A model generated the notes under the pieces. That model was not told the DNA's origin. It did no database searches and was given only the letters and a program-made list of their open reading frames with translations. Both the position numbers and the translations under genes were made by a program. From Paenibacillus phage Callan, in sequence record OP503989.1: a stretch of 32,000 nucleotides of DNA, one strand, 5' to 3'. Positions within the stretch are counted from its first letter, which is position 1, and the number at the start of each line of letters is the position of its first letter. Of the stretch, positions 1 to 9,590 are shown piece after piece.

Positions 1-1
1 C

Positions 2-670
2 AATGGAATGCTGAGTAATGATAAATCAAACAACGCTATTGTAGATCTTGCACCTAACTCAATTAATTTTGGTGCTTTTGAGTTTGCCGTAGAAACAGAA
101 TTAACAAAAACATTGGTACAAACGTCTCTAACTGAGACGCAAGTTGAACTTCGTGAACAATTGGGAGAAGAGTTTGCTCTAGCTACATTAGCTGCTATGT
201 TTGGTACTGGACAAGCTCATATGAATTTCTTCACACAAGTTTCTGCTGTAGTAGATGGATCAAAGAATGCTGTCGATGCTTTATATAAGGCATATTTTGG
301 ACTCAAAGCAAAATACAGACCTAACGCTAAGATTGCTATGAACCCTATTACATTTGCTTTAAAAATCTTACCTTATCAAGATAAATCCAATAACAGTAAA
401 AATATTGATTTTATTCGGGAACGTGTGGTTCTCGTGGATGATATTCCTGAGGATAAAGCAGTGGTTGGTGACTTTATGCGGTATCATTTTAACTTTAACC
501 GTCCGCTGGAATTAGAATCCGAGTATAAAGCATCTCCTAACCGCAGATACCATTTTGTCCTTAGCAGCTCCTACGATGCACAATTTAGGCAGACTGAAGC
601 ATTCCAAATTGTTAATTTTGCTGGTGCTTCGACCCCTCCTGCTCCTGCTGGCGACGCAACGAAGAAGTAA
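2..670 (+). CDS. Phage major capsid protein, HK97-type (C-terminal part; frame is open to the window edge, true start probably upstream)
   Basis: Long ORF at the left edge just before connector genes; capsid-like C-terminal composition (AKIAMNPITFALK, VLVDDIPEDKAVVGDF, E-x-EYKASPNRRYHFVL); position upstream of gp6-like connector. Confidence 0.65.
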   Translation, partial: NGMLSNDKSNNAIVDLAPNSINFGAFEFAVETELTKTLVQTSLTETQVELREQLGEEFALATLAAMFGTGQAHMNFFTQVSAVVDGSKNAVDALYKAYFGLKAKYRPNAKIAMNPITFALKILPYQDKSNNSKNIDFIRERVVLVDDIPEDKAVVGDFMRYHFNFNRPLELESEYKASPNRRYHFVLSSSYDAQFRQTEAFQIVNFAGASTPPAPAGDATKK

Positions 671-671
671 T

Positions 672-968
672 ATGATTACCTTAGAAGAAGTTAAAACATA
701 TATGCGTATTGATAATGAGGACGATGACAGAAAGTTATCGTCCTTGCTTTTTTCTGCTGTATCATATATGAAAAATGCCGTAGGATCTGGTTTGGATAGT
801 AATGACGAATTGTATAAGTTGGCATGTTGCATGCTGGTTTGTCACTGGTATGAAAATGCGGGCGTAACTGGAAAAGAAGATGTATTACCTTTGGGGATCA
901 ATTCCATTGTTACTCAATTGCAAGGCAAATATGGTGGTGGTACAAGTGAACCCAGGGAAATTAAATAA
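672..968 (+). CDS. Phage head-tail connector protein (gp6/DNA-packaging-like)
   Basis: ATG at 672 two bases after capsid stop; MITLEEVKTYMRIDNEDDDRKLSSLLFSAVSYMKNAVG is typical of the gp6-like connector family. Confidence 0.8.
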   Translation: MITLEEVKTYMRIDNEDDDRKLSSLLFSAVSYMKNAVGSGLDSNDELYKLACCMLVCHWYENAGVTGKEDVLPLGINSIVTQLQGKYGGGTSEPREIK

Positions 969-1263
969 GAGGATCACGATCAAAAAGCATGAGCCTACCC
1001 CAGATGGCGCAGGAGGGTATGATGACGGGTTTTCAGATGTTGTTACGGTCTGGGCTAACATTAGGCCGTTACGAGGCCGCGAATACTGGCAGTCCCAGCA
1101 AACACAAGCAGAAGTCACACACTCTATCATGATCCGCTATAGAAAGGACATCGACCGCTCACATGTAGTTAGCTACGGTGGGCGGCTCTTTGATATCCAG
1201 CACATCATCAATGTAGATGAAGCGAATCGCACGTTGATCCTTCATTGTGTGGAGAAAATCTAA
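931..1263 (+). CDS. Phage head closure / head-tail adaptor protein
   Basis: ATG 931; MVVVQVNPGKLNKRITIKKHE...VWANIRPLRGREYWQSQQTQAEVTHSIMIRYRKDIDRSHVVSYGGRLFDIQHIINVDE matches the SPP1 gp16-like head-tail joining family. Confidence 0.85.
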   Translation: MVVVQVNPGKLNKRITIKKHEPTPDGAGGYDDGFSDVVTVWANIRPLRGREYWQSQQTQAEVTHSIMIRYRKDIDRSHVVSYGGRLFDIQHIINVDEANRTLILHCVEKI

Positions 1264-1691
1264 TGGCGAACATCCAAGTGTTAGGCATACCAGAGACGGT
1301 ACGGAAGATTGGACTATTTGAAATGGAAAGAAAACAGGCTGCCATCGTGCTGGTCAAGAAAACCGCAACCGGTATTCAAAAAGAAGGCAAGAGCTTAGCA
1401 CCCGCATCTCCTGCCGGCAGAAAGAAATCCAAAGGCAAACCCGGCGATTTGAAAAGGAGCATTCGCCCGAAATATATGGAAGGCGGTCTAGCCGCGACAG
1501 TCGTGCCCAGAAAACCCAAAGGAGCACACCGGCACCTGGTCGAGTATGGCACACGGCAGCGGAAAAATAAAAAGGGCGCAAATCGGGGGAAAATGCCGAA
1601 AAAACCGTTTATGTCTATAGCGGAAAGACATGCCGAAGGCAGGTATAACAAGGAATTGGAGAGGATATTTAACCGTGACGAAACTATATGA
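1263..1691 (+). CDS. HK97 gp10-family phage protein (tail completion)
   Basis: ATG overlaps the preceding stop; small basic protein with LAPASPAGRKKSKGKPGDLKRSI...HLVEYGT motif typical of the gp10 family. Confidence 0.8.
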   Translation: MANIQVLGIPETVRKIGLFEMERKQAAIVLVKKTATGIQKEGKSLAPASPAGRKKSKGKPGDLKRSIRPKYMEGGLAATVVPRKPKGAHRHLVEYGTRQRKNKKGANRGKMPKKPFMSIAERHAEGRYNKELERIFNRDETI

Positions 1692-2070
1692 GGTACAAGA
1701 GGCCGTATACAGGCGTTTGTCGTGTGATACGGCCTTATCATCTATGGTTAAGGGAATCTTTGACTATGTTCCGGAAAAAACGTTGCCGCCGTATGTGACG
1801 CTTTCTCGTATCTACTCAGAGCCTTTAGATACTAAAACAAGTACGGGCGAGATTGTAACGCTTACCATTGACGTATTTTCTGAAGCGAAAGGGAAGAAAG
1901 AATCAATCAATATTTTGAAACAAATCGAAGCATCTTTAACCCCGGAATTAGAGGTTGAAGGTGCTTTTTTGATGGTTCAATCAGTTGTGAGCCGTGAGAT
2001 TCAGGAAATCGCAGAATCACTATATCAGGCAACCATCGAATACAGAATTAAACTAGATTGGAGTGATTAG
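1630..2070 (+). CDS. DUF3168-like tail completion protein (start uncertain; probably a TTG/other start inside the annotated ORF)
   Basis: ORF in the expected position between gp10-like and major tail protein; first ~15 codons overlap gp10-like ORF. Confidence 0.65.
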   Translation: MPKAGITRNWRGYLTVTKLYEVQEAVYRRLSCDTALSSMVKGIFDYVPEKTLPPYVTLSRIYSEPLDTKTSTGEIVTLTIDVFSEAKGKKESINILKQIEASLTPELEVEGAFLMVQSVVSREIQEIAESLYQATIEYRIKLDWSD

Positions 2071-2072
2071 AA

Positions 2073-2504
2073 TTGGCGACTAAATTAGCAGGAATGAAAT
2101 GCAAGTTGTACGTTGGCAGCGCCAAAGAACAGGGGAAAATTCTTGCAGGTCAACGAAGTGCAACCATCAGCCGAAGTGCTGAGACGATAGATGCCACGAG
2201 CAAGGATACGGAAGGTTACTGGAAAGAGTCTCTACAAGGGTTCAAAGAGTGGTCTATTGATGCTGACGGCGTGTTTGTAGAAAGTGACCAAGCGTATAAG
2301 GAGCTTGAAGATGCTTGGTTAAATAGTGAAAACGTAAAAATCTACATTGAACTCCCAAGCGGACGCAGATATGCGGGCGAAGCTACCATTACAGATGCAT
2401 CGTTGGAAATGCCTTATGACGACCTTGTGACATATTCGTTAAGCTTCCAAGGTAGTGGAGCCTTACAAATGATCGAAAATATTCCTACAGGAGGAACGAA
2501 ATAA
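2073..2504 (+). CDS. Phage major tail (tube) protein, TP901-1-like
   Basis: MATKLAGMKCKLYVG...SATISRSAETIDATSKDTEGYWKESLQGFKEWSIDADGVF is typical of the tail tube family; genomic position. Confidence 0.85.
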   Translation: MATKLAGMKCKLYVGSAKEQGKILAGQRSATISRSAETIDATSKDTEGYWKESLQGFKEWSIDADGVFVESDQAYKELEDAWLNSENVKIYIELPSGRRYAGEATITDASLEMPYDDLVTYSLSFQGSGALQMIENIPTGGTK

Positions 2505-2842
2505 TGAAAAAGGTAACAGAGTTCCACCTGGAGGATGCCGTATATAAAATCCGAATCACGTATTCTACGTTGCTGAAAATGCGTGATGATGGTATTGACA
2601 TGATGACAGAACAAGGAGCTGCTGAAATCCAAAAGGACCCTGGCAAACTCGCTAAGATCTTCTGGTACGGGCTGAATGGGGTAAAAGGACAAGAATATAC
2701 ATTTGAGCAAGCCATGGAAATTTTAGATGATATTCTGTCTGAAATTTATATGGAGGATTTCGTAGAGATCCTTCAAGATTCTATCCAAATTAAAACGCGA
2801 CAAGCTGAAGAACATCCAGCAAAAAAAAAGAAAAAGAAATAA
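2504..2842 (+). CDS. Tail assembly chaperone (gpG-like product)
   Basis: Located between major tail protein and tape measure; ends in a poly-lysine tract over a slippery run. Confidence 0.8.
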   Translation: MKKVTEFHLEDAVYKIRITYSTLLKMRDDGIDMMTEQGAAEIQKDPGKLAKIFWYGLNGVKGQEYTFEQAMEILDDILSEIYMEDFVEILQDSIQIKTRQAEEHPAKKKKKK

Positions 2843-3123
2843 CGATAGATGAATATTTAGAGCAGTGCATGCAATTTGCTCTGGTTGATCTACATTTATC
2901 AATGCGTGATTTTCTTGATTTAACACCTTGGGATCTCCATTTACTAATAGACCGGCATTTTGAAAAGATGAAAGAAGATGCCCAACTTTTAAGAAATGTA
3001 ATCGTAAACGCTGAAGTGAATGTAAATAGGAAGAAAGGTACTGGTGAAATACCTCTGTTTGAGGAAAACAGAAAAATGACCATAGAAGAAAAAATTGAAG
3101 AGCGAAAAGAATTGTTCGGATAG
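2504..3123 (+). CDS. Tail assembly chaperone -1 frameshift fusion (gpGT-like, ~206 aa)
   Basis: 0-frame reads A AAA AAG at 2824-2830; -1 frame is open from the slip through 2831-3120 (K-E-K-E-I-T-I-D-E-Y-L-E-Q-C-M-Q-F...) and joins the 2869..3123 ORF, stop TAG 3121-3123. Confidence 0.8.
2824..2830 (+). promoter_or_regulatory. Programmed -1 ribosomal frameshift slippery heptamer A_AAA_AAG
   Basis: Sequence aaaaaaaaagaaaaagaaataa; heptamer is in phase with the 2504 frame; a weaker G_AAA_AAG follows at 2830-2836. Confidence 0.75.
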
Positions 3124-3150
3124 GTGTGCATGTTTGCACGCCTATTTTTT
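3122..3150 (+). terminator. Terminator-like hairpin between chaperone and tape measure genes
   Basis: AGGTGTGCA-tgttt-like loop-TGCACGCCT followed by ATTTTTT. Confidence 0.6.
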
Positions 3151-3179
3151 ATGCCCGGAAAGTGGGGTGAAGAAATGAA

Positions 3180-5816
3180 ATGGCGTTAATTGTAAAAATC
3201 GGGGCTGACATACGCAATTTTGATAGGGACATGAAAAAGCTAACGAAGGACACAGAGACCATAGGGAGCAAATTTACTGGCGTTGGAAAGGCATTAACTG
3301 CCGGTTTGACTGTTCCAGTTGTTGCTCTTGGTGCAGCATCCGTAAAAATGGGGATGGACTTTGAAGCCGGCATGTCAACCGTAAAAGCCATCACAGGAGC
3401 AACTGGGAAAGATTTTGAAGACCTTCAGGAAACGGCAAAGGAATTAGGAGCTACAACCGTCTTCAGTGCCTCAGAAGCCGCAGAAGGAATGAAATATCTC
3501 GGTTTAGCTGGTTGGAAGACACAAGATATTATCTCAGCCATGCCGGGTATGTTGGATTTGGCTGCTGCTGGAGCTTTGGACTTAGGTACAGCGGCAGATA
3601 TAACGTCAGATACCATGCAAGCCTTTGGCATGGCGGCGGATCGAGCCACACATGCGGCAGACGTGTTTGCGTATGCCTCCTCTAACTCCAACACAACGGT
3701 AGAAATGCTAGGGGAAGGGATGAAATACCTGGCACCTGTTGCGAACCAGTTTGGTTGGAGCCTGGAAGAATCTTCGGCGGCGATGATGTTTTTGGCAGAT
3801 GCAGGACTCAAAGGATCCATTGCCGGGCAAGCTTTTGCATCCTCTCTAACACGACTGGCGAAGCCGACCGCTGAAATGGAAAAAGTCATGAAGGCCACAG
3901 GGATTTCGTTTTTTGACGCGCAAGGGAAGATGAAAAGCATGCCGGATCTCATTGCAGAAATAGAAAAAGGAACCCAAGGAATGACCGATCAGCAAAAATC
4001 AGCGACGCTATCCACGCTATTTGGTGCAGAAGCCTACAAACACTGGGCTATTTTGCTTGGAAGAGGCTCTGACCAACTTCAAAATATGACCACTAACCTG
4101 GAGCAATCAGATGGCACAGCCAAACGTATGTCTGACACGATGACCCAAAACTTAAAGGGCGCCGTGAAGGAAATGTCCTCCGCCTTTGAGAGGGTGGCAC
4201 TCATTTTATACGATCGCCTCAAACCAGCTTTACAAGCTATCGTACAAGGAATTACAGCTGCACTCCGATGGTTTCAAAATCTTAGTCCAGAAACTCAAAA
4301 AATTATTGGCATTATTGCAGCCACTACTGCTGCAATTGGTCCACTATTGCTCATAATCGGATCAGTGATAATTTTTGTAGGGCAGTTTAGTGCGGCCCTT
4401 ACGGCATTGGGCATTACATTTACTGGTTTGATTGGTGGGCTAGGTTTAGTAGTAGCGGCCATAGCCGCAGTTATCGCTATCGTAATGAATTGGGATAGTA
4501 TAAAAGATTTCTTCATCGGTCTTTGGGATGGAATTGTATCTTACCTATCCCAAGCCTGGGAAAGCATAACGTCAGCATGTGCGGCTGCGTGGCAGTATGT
4601 CAGTGATCTAACAAGCGACATATGGAATGGCATAAAAGATTTCTTTGTCGGCCTTTGGAATGGGATAGTAGAAGCTTGTTCCACAGCATGGCAGTTTATT
4701 TCGGATGTTACTAACACTGTATGGACGGCCATAAGAGATTTTCTCGTTGGTCTTTGGAATGGAATAGTAGAGTTTATGACTCCAATTTTCCAAACAATCG
4801 GATCCGTTATAAGCGGAATTTGGAATGTAATTTCCACAGTAACTAGTGCCGTTTGGGGGTATATTTCCCAATACCTCGTAGCCATCTGGAACGCTATTAT
4901 GTATTTTGCTACTCCAGTTTTCCAGGCCATAGGAGATTTCATTTCAGCGACTTGGAACACGATCCAAACAGTAAGCAGTACGGTATGGAATGCAATAAGC
5001 AGCTTTTTAATGGGAATTTGGAATGGAATTGTTAGTTTTGCCACGCCAATATTCCAAGCCGTCGGGGACTTTATAGGTGCAGTCTGGAACACCATTAAAC
5101 AGGTTAGTAGCACAGTTTGGAACGCTATTACCGGGTTTTTGGTTAATATTTGGAATGGAATATCATCAAATATGACCTATTATTTTAACCTTTTTAAATC
5201 CGTTGTAAGTGTAGTGTGGGAAGCGATTAAAAGCACTTCCAACAGCATATGGAACGGGATAAAAAGTGTCTTAGAAGGAATCTGGAATGGCATAAAAGTT
5301 GCGGCTCAAGTAGTGTGGAATGGCCTTAAAATCGTGATTATTGAGCCTGTTAAGGCTATTTCCGAAAAAGTAACTAGCATTTTTTCGGCTATGAAAGAAG
5401 TTATCATGGGAGTTTGGGAAGGCATAAAAACGGGAATTAAAGCAGTTTTAAATGGAGTTATCTGGATTATCAATAAATTTATTGACGCCTTCAACACTCC
5501 TGCCGAACTATTAAATAATATTCCTGGTGTAGATGCACCTATCATTCCCCATATTCCCATGCTTGCAAAAGGCGGTAATGTATTTGGATCTGGGTCTGCC
5601 ATAGTCGGGGAGGCTGGCCCGGAACTAATCGAAAAAAGTGGTAGTAGTGTAAAGGTTACTCCCCTTAGCGCAGGAGAGAAGGCACGCGGTGTTTCTGGTG
5701 GAGGTTATACCGCTAACATCAATATTTATACGGACAGCACTTCACCTGCGAACATGGCACGCAAACTACGCCGGGCTCAACAAAGACAAGGCTTAGAATG
5801 GGGGTTTGTCACATGA
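3180..5816 (+). CDS. Phage tail tape measure protein
   Basis: 878 aa; TP901-type core (GMDFEAGMSTVKAITGATGKDFEDLQETAKELGATTVFSASEAAEGMKYL), membrane-like segment, Trp-rich repeats. Confidence 0.95.
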   Translation: MALIVKIGADIRNFDRDMKKLTKDTETIGSKFTGVGKALTAGLTVPVVALGAASVKMGMDFEAGMSTVKAITGATGKDFEDLQETAKELGATTVFSASEAAEGMKYLGLAGWKTQDIISAMPGMLDLAAAGALDLGTAADITSDTMQAFGMAADRATHAADVFAYASSNSNTTVEMLGEGMKYLAPVANQFGWSLEESSAAMMFLADAGLKGSIAGQAFASSLTRLAKPTAEMEKVMKATGISFFDAQGKMKSMPDLIAEIEKGTQGMTDQQKSATLSTLFGAEAYKHWAILLGRGSDQLQNMTTNLEQSDGTAKRMSDTMTQNLKGAVKEMSSAFERVALILYDRLKPALQAIVQGITAALRWFQNLSPETQKIIGIIAATTAAIGPLLLIIGSVIIFVGQFSAALTALGITFTGLIGGLGLVVAAIAAVIAIVMNWDSIKDFFIGLWDGIVSYLSQAWESITSACAAAWQYVSDLTSDIWNGIKDFFVGLWNGIVEACSTAWQFISDVTNTVWTAIRDFLVGLWNGIVEFMTPIFQTIGSVISGIWNVISTVTSAVWGYISQYLVAIWNAIMYFATPVFQAIGDFISATWNTIQTVSSTVWNAISSFLMGIWNGIVSFATPIFQAVGDFIGAVWNTIKQVSSTVWNAITGFLVNIWNGISSNMTYYFNLFKSVVSVVWEAIKSTSNSIWNGIKSVLEGIWNGIKVAAQVVWNGLKIVIIEPVKAISEKVTSIFSAMKEVIMGVWEGIKTGIKAVLNGVIWIINKFIDAFNTPAELLNNIPGVDAPIIPHIPMLAKGGNVFGSGSAIVGEAGPELIEKSGSSVKVTPLSAGEKARGVSGGGYTANINIYTDSTSPANMARKLRRAQQRQGLEWGFVT
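4497..5350 (+). repeat. Trp-rich coding repeats inside the tape measure gene
   Basis: Repeated IWNGIxxF / VWNxIxxF / GDFI...WNTI units (e.g. ATPVFQAIGDFISATWNTIQTVSSTVWNAISSF versus ATPIFQAVGDFIGAVWNTIKQVSSTVWNAITGF). Confidence 0.85.
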
Positions 5817-6664
5817 TCACTTTTACAAATTCTCGCGGTCAGAGCATTAACATTGACAAATCCCCATTCAAGCTGATTGATTTTGACCCAGGACGCGCAA
5901 CCACGAACTTTCAGACCGGAAAGTCTGCTAACCAGGATGGGGAAATCTATATTGATAATTACCTTGAATCGCGAGAACTCAAAATTGAATTATTAATTGT
6001 CTCGAAAGACAGTAAGCAGCGGTTGGAACTGGAGAGAACATTAAATCAAATTTTTAATCCAAAATTAGGCGAAGGAAAGTTAGTATACGCATCTGCTGGA
6101 GGACAAAGGGCTATTCAACCAGTTCCTGACGGTTCTCCTATCTTTCTTTCAGGTTACGACAAAAAAACGCCTAAAGTACGCCGGATTTCTATTCCCCTCA
6201 TTGCTCACAATCCTTACTGGTCAGATGTGAATCCAACAAGCCGCCAAATGAGTTACATCATGGGAGGTTACCGGTTTTCCCTTCGGCTCCCTGTAGCTTT
6301 CTCCAAACGCTCGTTTCAACGCGGGGTCGTAAATGAAGGGGACGTGGAAACACCAGTGAAAATTGAATTTAAGGGTCCGGCTCAGAATCCTACTGTCTAC
6401 AACCGAACCACGGGTGAATTTATCCGGGTTAAACGGAATCTGAGTGAAAATGACATCTTGCATATTGATACAGAGTTTGGGAACAAACGAGTAGAGATTG
6501 TCCGCGCAAGCGGTACGATAGAAAACGCTTTTCATTTTATAGATTTGGCTAGTTCATTTTTTCAGTTGGTACCGGGCTCAAACACACTGGAATATAACAG
6601 CAATAACGATAGTAGCAAAACAAAGGTTATCGTCAGCTATAAAAACCGATACGTGGGGGTGTAA
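5813..6664 (+). CDS. Distal tail protein (Dit / siphovirus tail component)
   Basis: MITFTNSRGQSINIDKSPFKLIDFDPGRATTNFQTGKSANQDGEIY...; position after tape measure gene. Confidence 0.85.
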   Translation: MITFTNSRGQSINIDKSPFKLIDFDPGRATTNFQTGKSANQDGEIYIDNYLESRELKIELLIVSKDSKQRLELERTLNQIFNPKLGEGKLVYASAGGQRAIQPVPDGSPIFLSGYDKKTPKVRRISIPLIAHNPYWSDVNPTSRQMSYIMGGYRFSLRLPVAFSKRSFQRGVVNEGDVETPVKIEFKGPAQNPTVYNRTTGEFIRVKRNLSENDILHIDTEFGNKRVEIVRASGTIENAFHFIDLASSFFQLVPGSNTLEYNSNNDSSKTKVIVSYKNRYVGV

Positions 6665-6666
6665 GG

Positions 6667-7785
6667 ATGGAGCCTATCAGACTCATCGACACGGATTTTA
6701 ATCTTTTGGGTGAAGTAGATGCTTATACATCTCTGCAATGGATCAGGCGCTGGCACAGACCCGGTGAGGTCGAACTGCATATACATCCTTTCATGCAAAA
6801 TGCAGATAAGCTCCAAGAAGACGTGATCCTATTTAAAGCTAGTCGCCCGGAGGAAGCTGCTATTATCAAGCATAGGGAAATTACGCTAAATGAAGACGGG
6901 GCGGAGGAACTCATCATTAAGGGTAGTATGCTGGCTAGTCTAATTGGTCGACGCATTACGTATCCTCCCGAAGGAAAATCCCATGACTATTTTAATGCAC
7001 CTATTGAAACTGTAATTAAACAAATCATTAAACATAATTGCGTAAATCCGGTTGACCAAGAACGTACCGTACCAGGACTAATTTGTGCGCCTGATCAGGG
7101 ACGCGGGGAGAAAATCCAGTTTCAAACGCGATACAAGCCGCTAGGCGAAGAAGTAGAGAAACTTAGCCTGATGTCCCAAATGGGCTGGGAGGTATCGTTA
7201 GATATTGAAAGCCAGCGATATGTATTTGATATGTTAACCGGACGAAACCTAACGGCTGACCAGGATGTCCGCCCTCCTGCTATCTTTAGCACGGCGTATG
7301 ACAACATTGAGAGCCAAAGCTATACCAATAGTGCGATAGGGTATAAAAACATAGCTGTGGTCGGTGGACAAGGCGAGGGAGAAGATCGGAAAATCGTTAC
7401 GGTAGGTACATCAACAGGTCTAAATAGATATGAAATGTTTGTCGATGCCAGGGACGTTGGGACTCAAGAAGAGGGCTCAGAACCTCTCTCAGAAGAGCAG
7501 ATAAAGACAATGCTGACGGATAGAGGACGTGAAAAATTGGCGGAAGTAAAACGGGTAGAGTCTCTCGAAGCCAAGATTCTAACCCAATCCAATCTCACCT
7601 ACCGTAAGGATTACGATTTAGGGGATGTCGTGACTGTGCTAAACCGTCAGTGGGGGTTGACGATGAACACAAGAATTACAGAAGTAGCGGAAGTATATGA
7701 ACCCTCCCAAGTTCGCATAGATGTTACTTTTGGTAACAGTATTCCGACACTAGCGGATGTAATAGGACGAAAACTAAGGAGTTGA
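6667..7785 (+). CDS. Siphovirus ReqiPepy6 Gp37-like tail protein
   Basis: MEPIRLIDTDFNLLGEVDAYTSLQWIRRWHRPGEVELHIHP...LIIKGSMLASLIGRRIT; typical of the family. Confidence 0.8.
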   Translation: MEPIRLIDTDFNLLGEVDAYTSLQWIRRWHRPGEVELHIHPFMQNADKLQEDVILFKASRPEEAAIIKHREITLNEDGAEELIIKGSMLASLIGRRITYPPEGKSHDYFNAPIETVIKQIIKHNCVNPVDQERTVPGLICAPDQGRGEKIQFQTRYKPLGEEVEKLSLMSQMGWEVSLDIESQRYVFDMLTGRNLTADQDVRPPAIFSTAYDNIESQSYTNSAIGYKNIAVVGGQGEGEDRKIVTVGTSTGLNRYEMFVDARDVGTQEEGSEPLSEEQIKTMLTDRGREKLAEVKRVESLEAKILTQSNLTYRKDYDLGDVVTVLNRQWGLTMNTRITEVAEVYEPSQVRIDVTFGNSIPTLADVIGRKLRS

Positions 7786-7790
7786 TAAGG

Positions 7791-8864
7791 TTGGCAGAAA
7801 CCTATAGATTTTTTGACTCGACCGATACGGACGAACGCCTCTACACGGCAGACGAATTTGCCGAGTATTTTCGACAAGTCCTAAGTGACGGCGTGTTTAA
7901 CGGCGGCACAAACTTAAAAGTGGAGTCTACAGGTAAAAATATGGAAACCTATATTCAGCCAGGTTATGCCTGGTTGCAAGGATATCTATATGCCGTCAAG
8001 GATACACGGCTACCTCTACAGCACCCTTATCCACATGCTACGCTGGATCGTATTGATCGGGTTGTCATAAGGCTGGATAAACGACTGGAACATCGGTATG
8101 TAAAGGCTTTTGTCAAAGAAGGGACACCCTCGACTACCCCCAGTGCTCCTGCATTAACACGTAATGACAATGTGTTTGAAATCAGCCTGGCCCAAGTAAA
8201 GATTGTAAAGGGAAAAAGCTATATTGAGGGCTATCAGATTACGGACGAACGGCTCGACAAAAACGTTTGCGGCATTGTTAACTCCCTTATACAAGCCGAC
8301 ACTACCACTATTTTTAATCAGTTTAAGCATTGGTTTGACTCTCGAACCGCGGATTTTGAAAAAGAATGGAAAGACTGGCTGGAAGAAATGAAGGACAAGG
8401 GGGGCGGGGAATTTGGCGTAACATCTGTAAACGGCAAAACCGGGGATGTGGTACTGATGGCTAAAGATGTTGGGGCTCCAAGTAAAAATGACCTTTTAGC
8501 CTACGCTCTGAAAGGTGAGCCCGCGGGGCAGTACACGCCTACGTTTTTGAATGGATGGTACGTACAAGCGGGCGAAGTCAAAGGAGTTTGCTACTACAAG
8601 GATCAATTTGGCTATGTCCACCTTTATGGCACTTGCTCAGGGACTAAAACTGAGTTTGGCACACCCTTGTTCAACCTCCCGGCTGGGTTTCGTCCAAGTG
8701 GTGTAATCCGCGTTGGTTGTCTGATGATCAACTTTGCAGACTACTCCAGATCTATTCAATTTCTGGGTGTGTATCCCAGTGGAGAGGTATTGGTAGAAAG
8801 TTATGGGCTACCCGGTTTTGTCTCGTTTACCATTTTCCCCTCCACATTTTACGGACAAAGGTAG
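7791..8864 (+). CDS. Phage tail fibre / baseplate-like structural protein
   Basis: AAGGAG at 7776-7781 before TTG 7791; LAETYRFFDSTDTDERLYTADEFAEYF N-terminus and VTSVNGKTGDVVL collagen-like/fibre linker. Confidence 0.65.
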   Translation: MAETYRFFDSTDTDERLYTADEFAEYFRQVLSDGVFNGGTNLKVESTGKNMETYIQPGYAWLQGYLYAVKDTRLPLQHPYPHATLDRIDRVVIRLDKRLEHRYVKAFVKEGTPSTTPSAPALTRNDNVFEISLAQVKIVKGKSYIEGYQITDERLDKNVCGIVNSLIQADTTTIFNQFKHWFDSRTADFEKEWKDWLEEMKDKGGGEFGVTSVNGKTGDVVLMAKDVGAPSKNDLLAYALKGEPAGQYTPTFLNGWYVQAGEVKGVCYYKDQFGYVHLYGTCSGTKTEFGTPLFNLPAGFRPSGVIRVGCLMINFADYSRSIQFLGVYPSGEVLVESYGLPGFVSFTIFPSTFYGQR

Positions 8865-8873
8865 GTGTTTGAG

Positions 8874-9212
8874 ATGGATAAGATCATACAAGCGAGTCGA
8901 GTAGACAAAGCAGGTAAATACGTAGAAGCGTTGGCACTCATAGAGAAAGATGGCAAGTATTTTAACCTTTTAGATCAAGAGGTACCCATAGATGATACTG
9001 TCGTATTTGATCCTTTACCCATGCCGATTTATACGCCTATTTGGGATTTTAAAACTAAGACATGGAAAGAAGGTTTATCTCAAGAGGAAATTGATCAGAT
9101 CAAAAATCGCCCAGATCCTCCAAACCCAATGAAGGTCATGGAAAAACAGATCAAAGCACTGCAAAAAGCACTGAACTACGTCCTAGTCGACCAAGAGGAG
9201 GCGAGCCGATGA
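8874..9212 (+). CDS. Hypothetical tail-associated protein
   Basis: MDKIIQASRVDKAGKYVEALALIEKDG...; lies in the tail/lysis cluster; ATG 8874 preceded by AAAGGTAGGTG. Confidence 0.6.
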   Translation: MDKIIQASRVDKAGKYVEALALIEKDGKYFNLLDQEVPIDDTVVFDPLPMPIYTPIWDFKTKTWKEGLSQEEIDQIKNRPDPPNPMKVMEKQIKALQKALNYVLVDQEEASR

Positions 9213-9370
9213 AAAGTGAACTGTATCCCCACTTTTATTATTGCTGGTGTAACCAAACCGTAACCCCAAGGCAGTTGGAGCGAGCCGTGGAGAAAGGGTT
9301 TATCACGGAAAAAGAGCGTAAAACGATATGTCAAGTGGAGGTGAGAGAAGATGGAAGACCAAATTTTTAA
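9209..9370 (+). CDS. XkdX-like short phage protein (53 aa; not in supplied track)
   Basis: ATG 9209 overlaps previous stop; MKSELYPHFYYCWCNQTVTPRQLERAVEKGFITEKERKTICQVEVREDGRPNF; size, position and GxITxxE pattern match XkdX-like proteins. Confidence 0.55.
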   Translation: MKSELYPHFYYCWCNQTVTPRQLERAVEKGFITEKERKTICQVEVREDGRPNF

Positions 9371-9590
9371 TACAGCGCTAAATACCGGGATATTTGGTGC
9401 GCTGTTTATCTGGCTGCTTTTTACTACCATGAAGAAGAATGAAGTACGGGAGAAGGAGTATCAAAAGACCATTAGTGAGAACCAGGAAGTCATTCGGGAG
9501 CAAGCCAAGTCTTTTAGCCTTCTTTCAAGTGATATTGCCGAGATTAAAGGGATTCTAAAAGGAAAACCTGGGGAAGGAGAAGCCCAATGA
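9351..9590 (+). CDS. BhlA/UviB-family holin-like peptide
   Basis: Short protein with one N-terminal TM segment (GIFGALFIWLLFTTMKKNEVREKEY) and a charged coiled-coil tail; directly upstream of amidase. Confidence 0.8.
   Translation: MEDQIFNTALNTGIFGALFIWLLFTTMKKNEVREKEYQKTISENQEVIREQAKSFSLLSSDIAEIKGILKGKPGEGEAQ

Noticed and set aside
2869-3123. Separate gene starting at Met 2869
   Set aside because: No upstream RBS and the -1 frame is continuous with the slippery site, so it is better explained as the frameshifted half of the chaperone fusion.
4541-5113. 190-aa minus-strand ORF opposite the tape measure repeats
   Set aside because: Repetitive antisense translation of the Trp-rich repeats; a compositional by-product.
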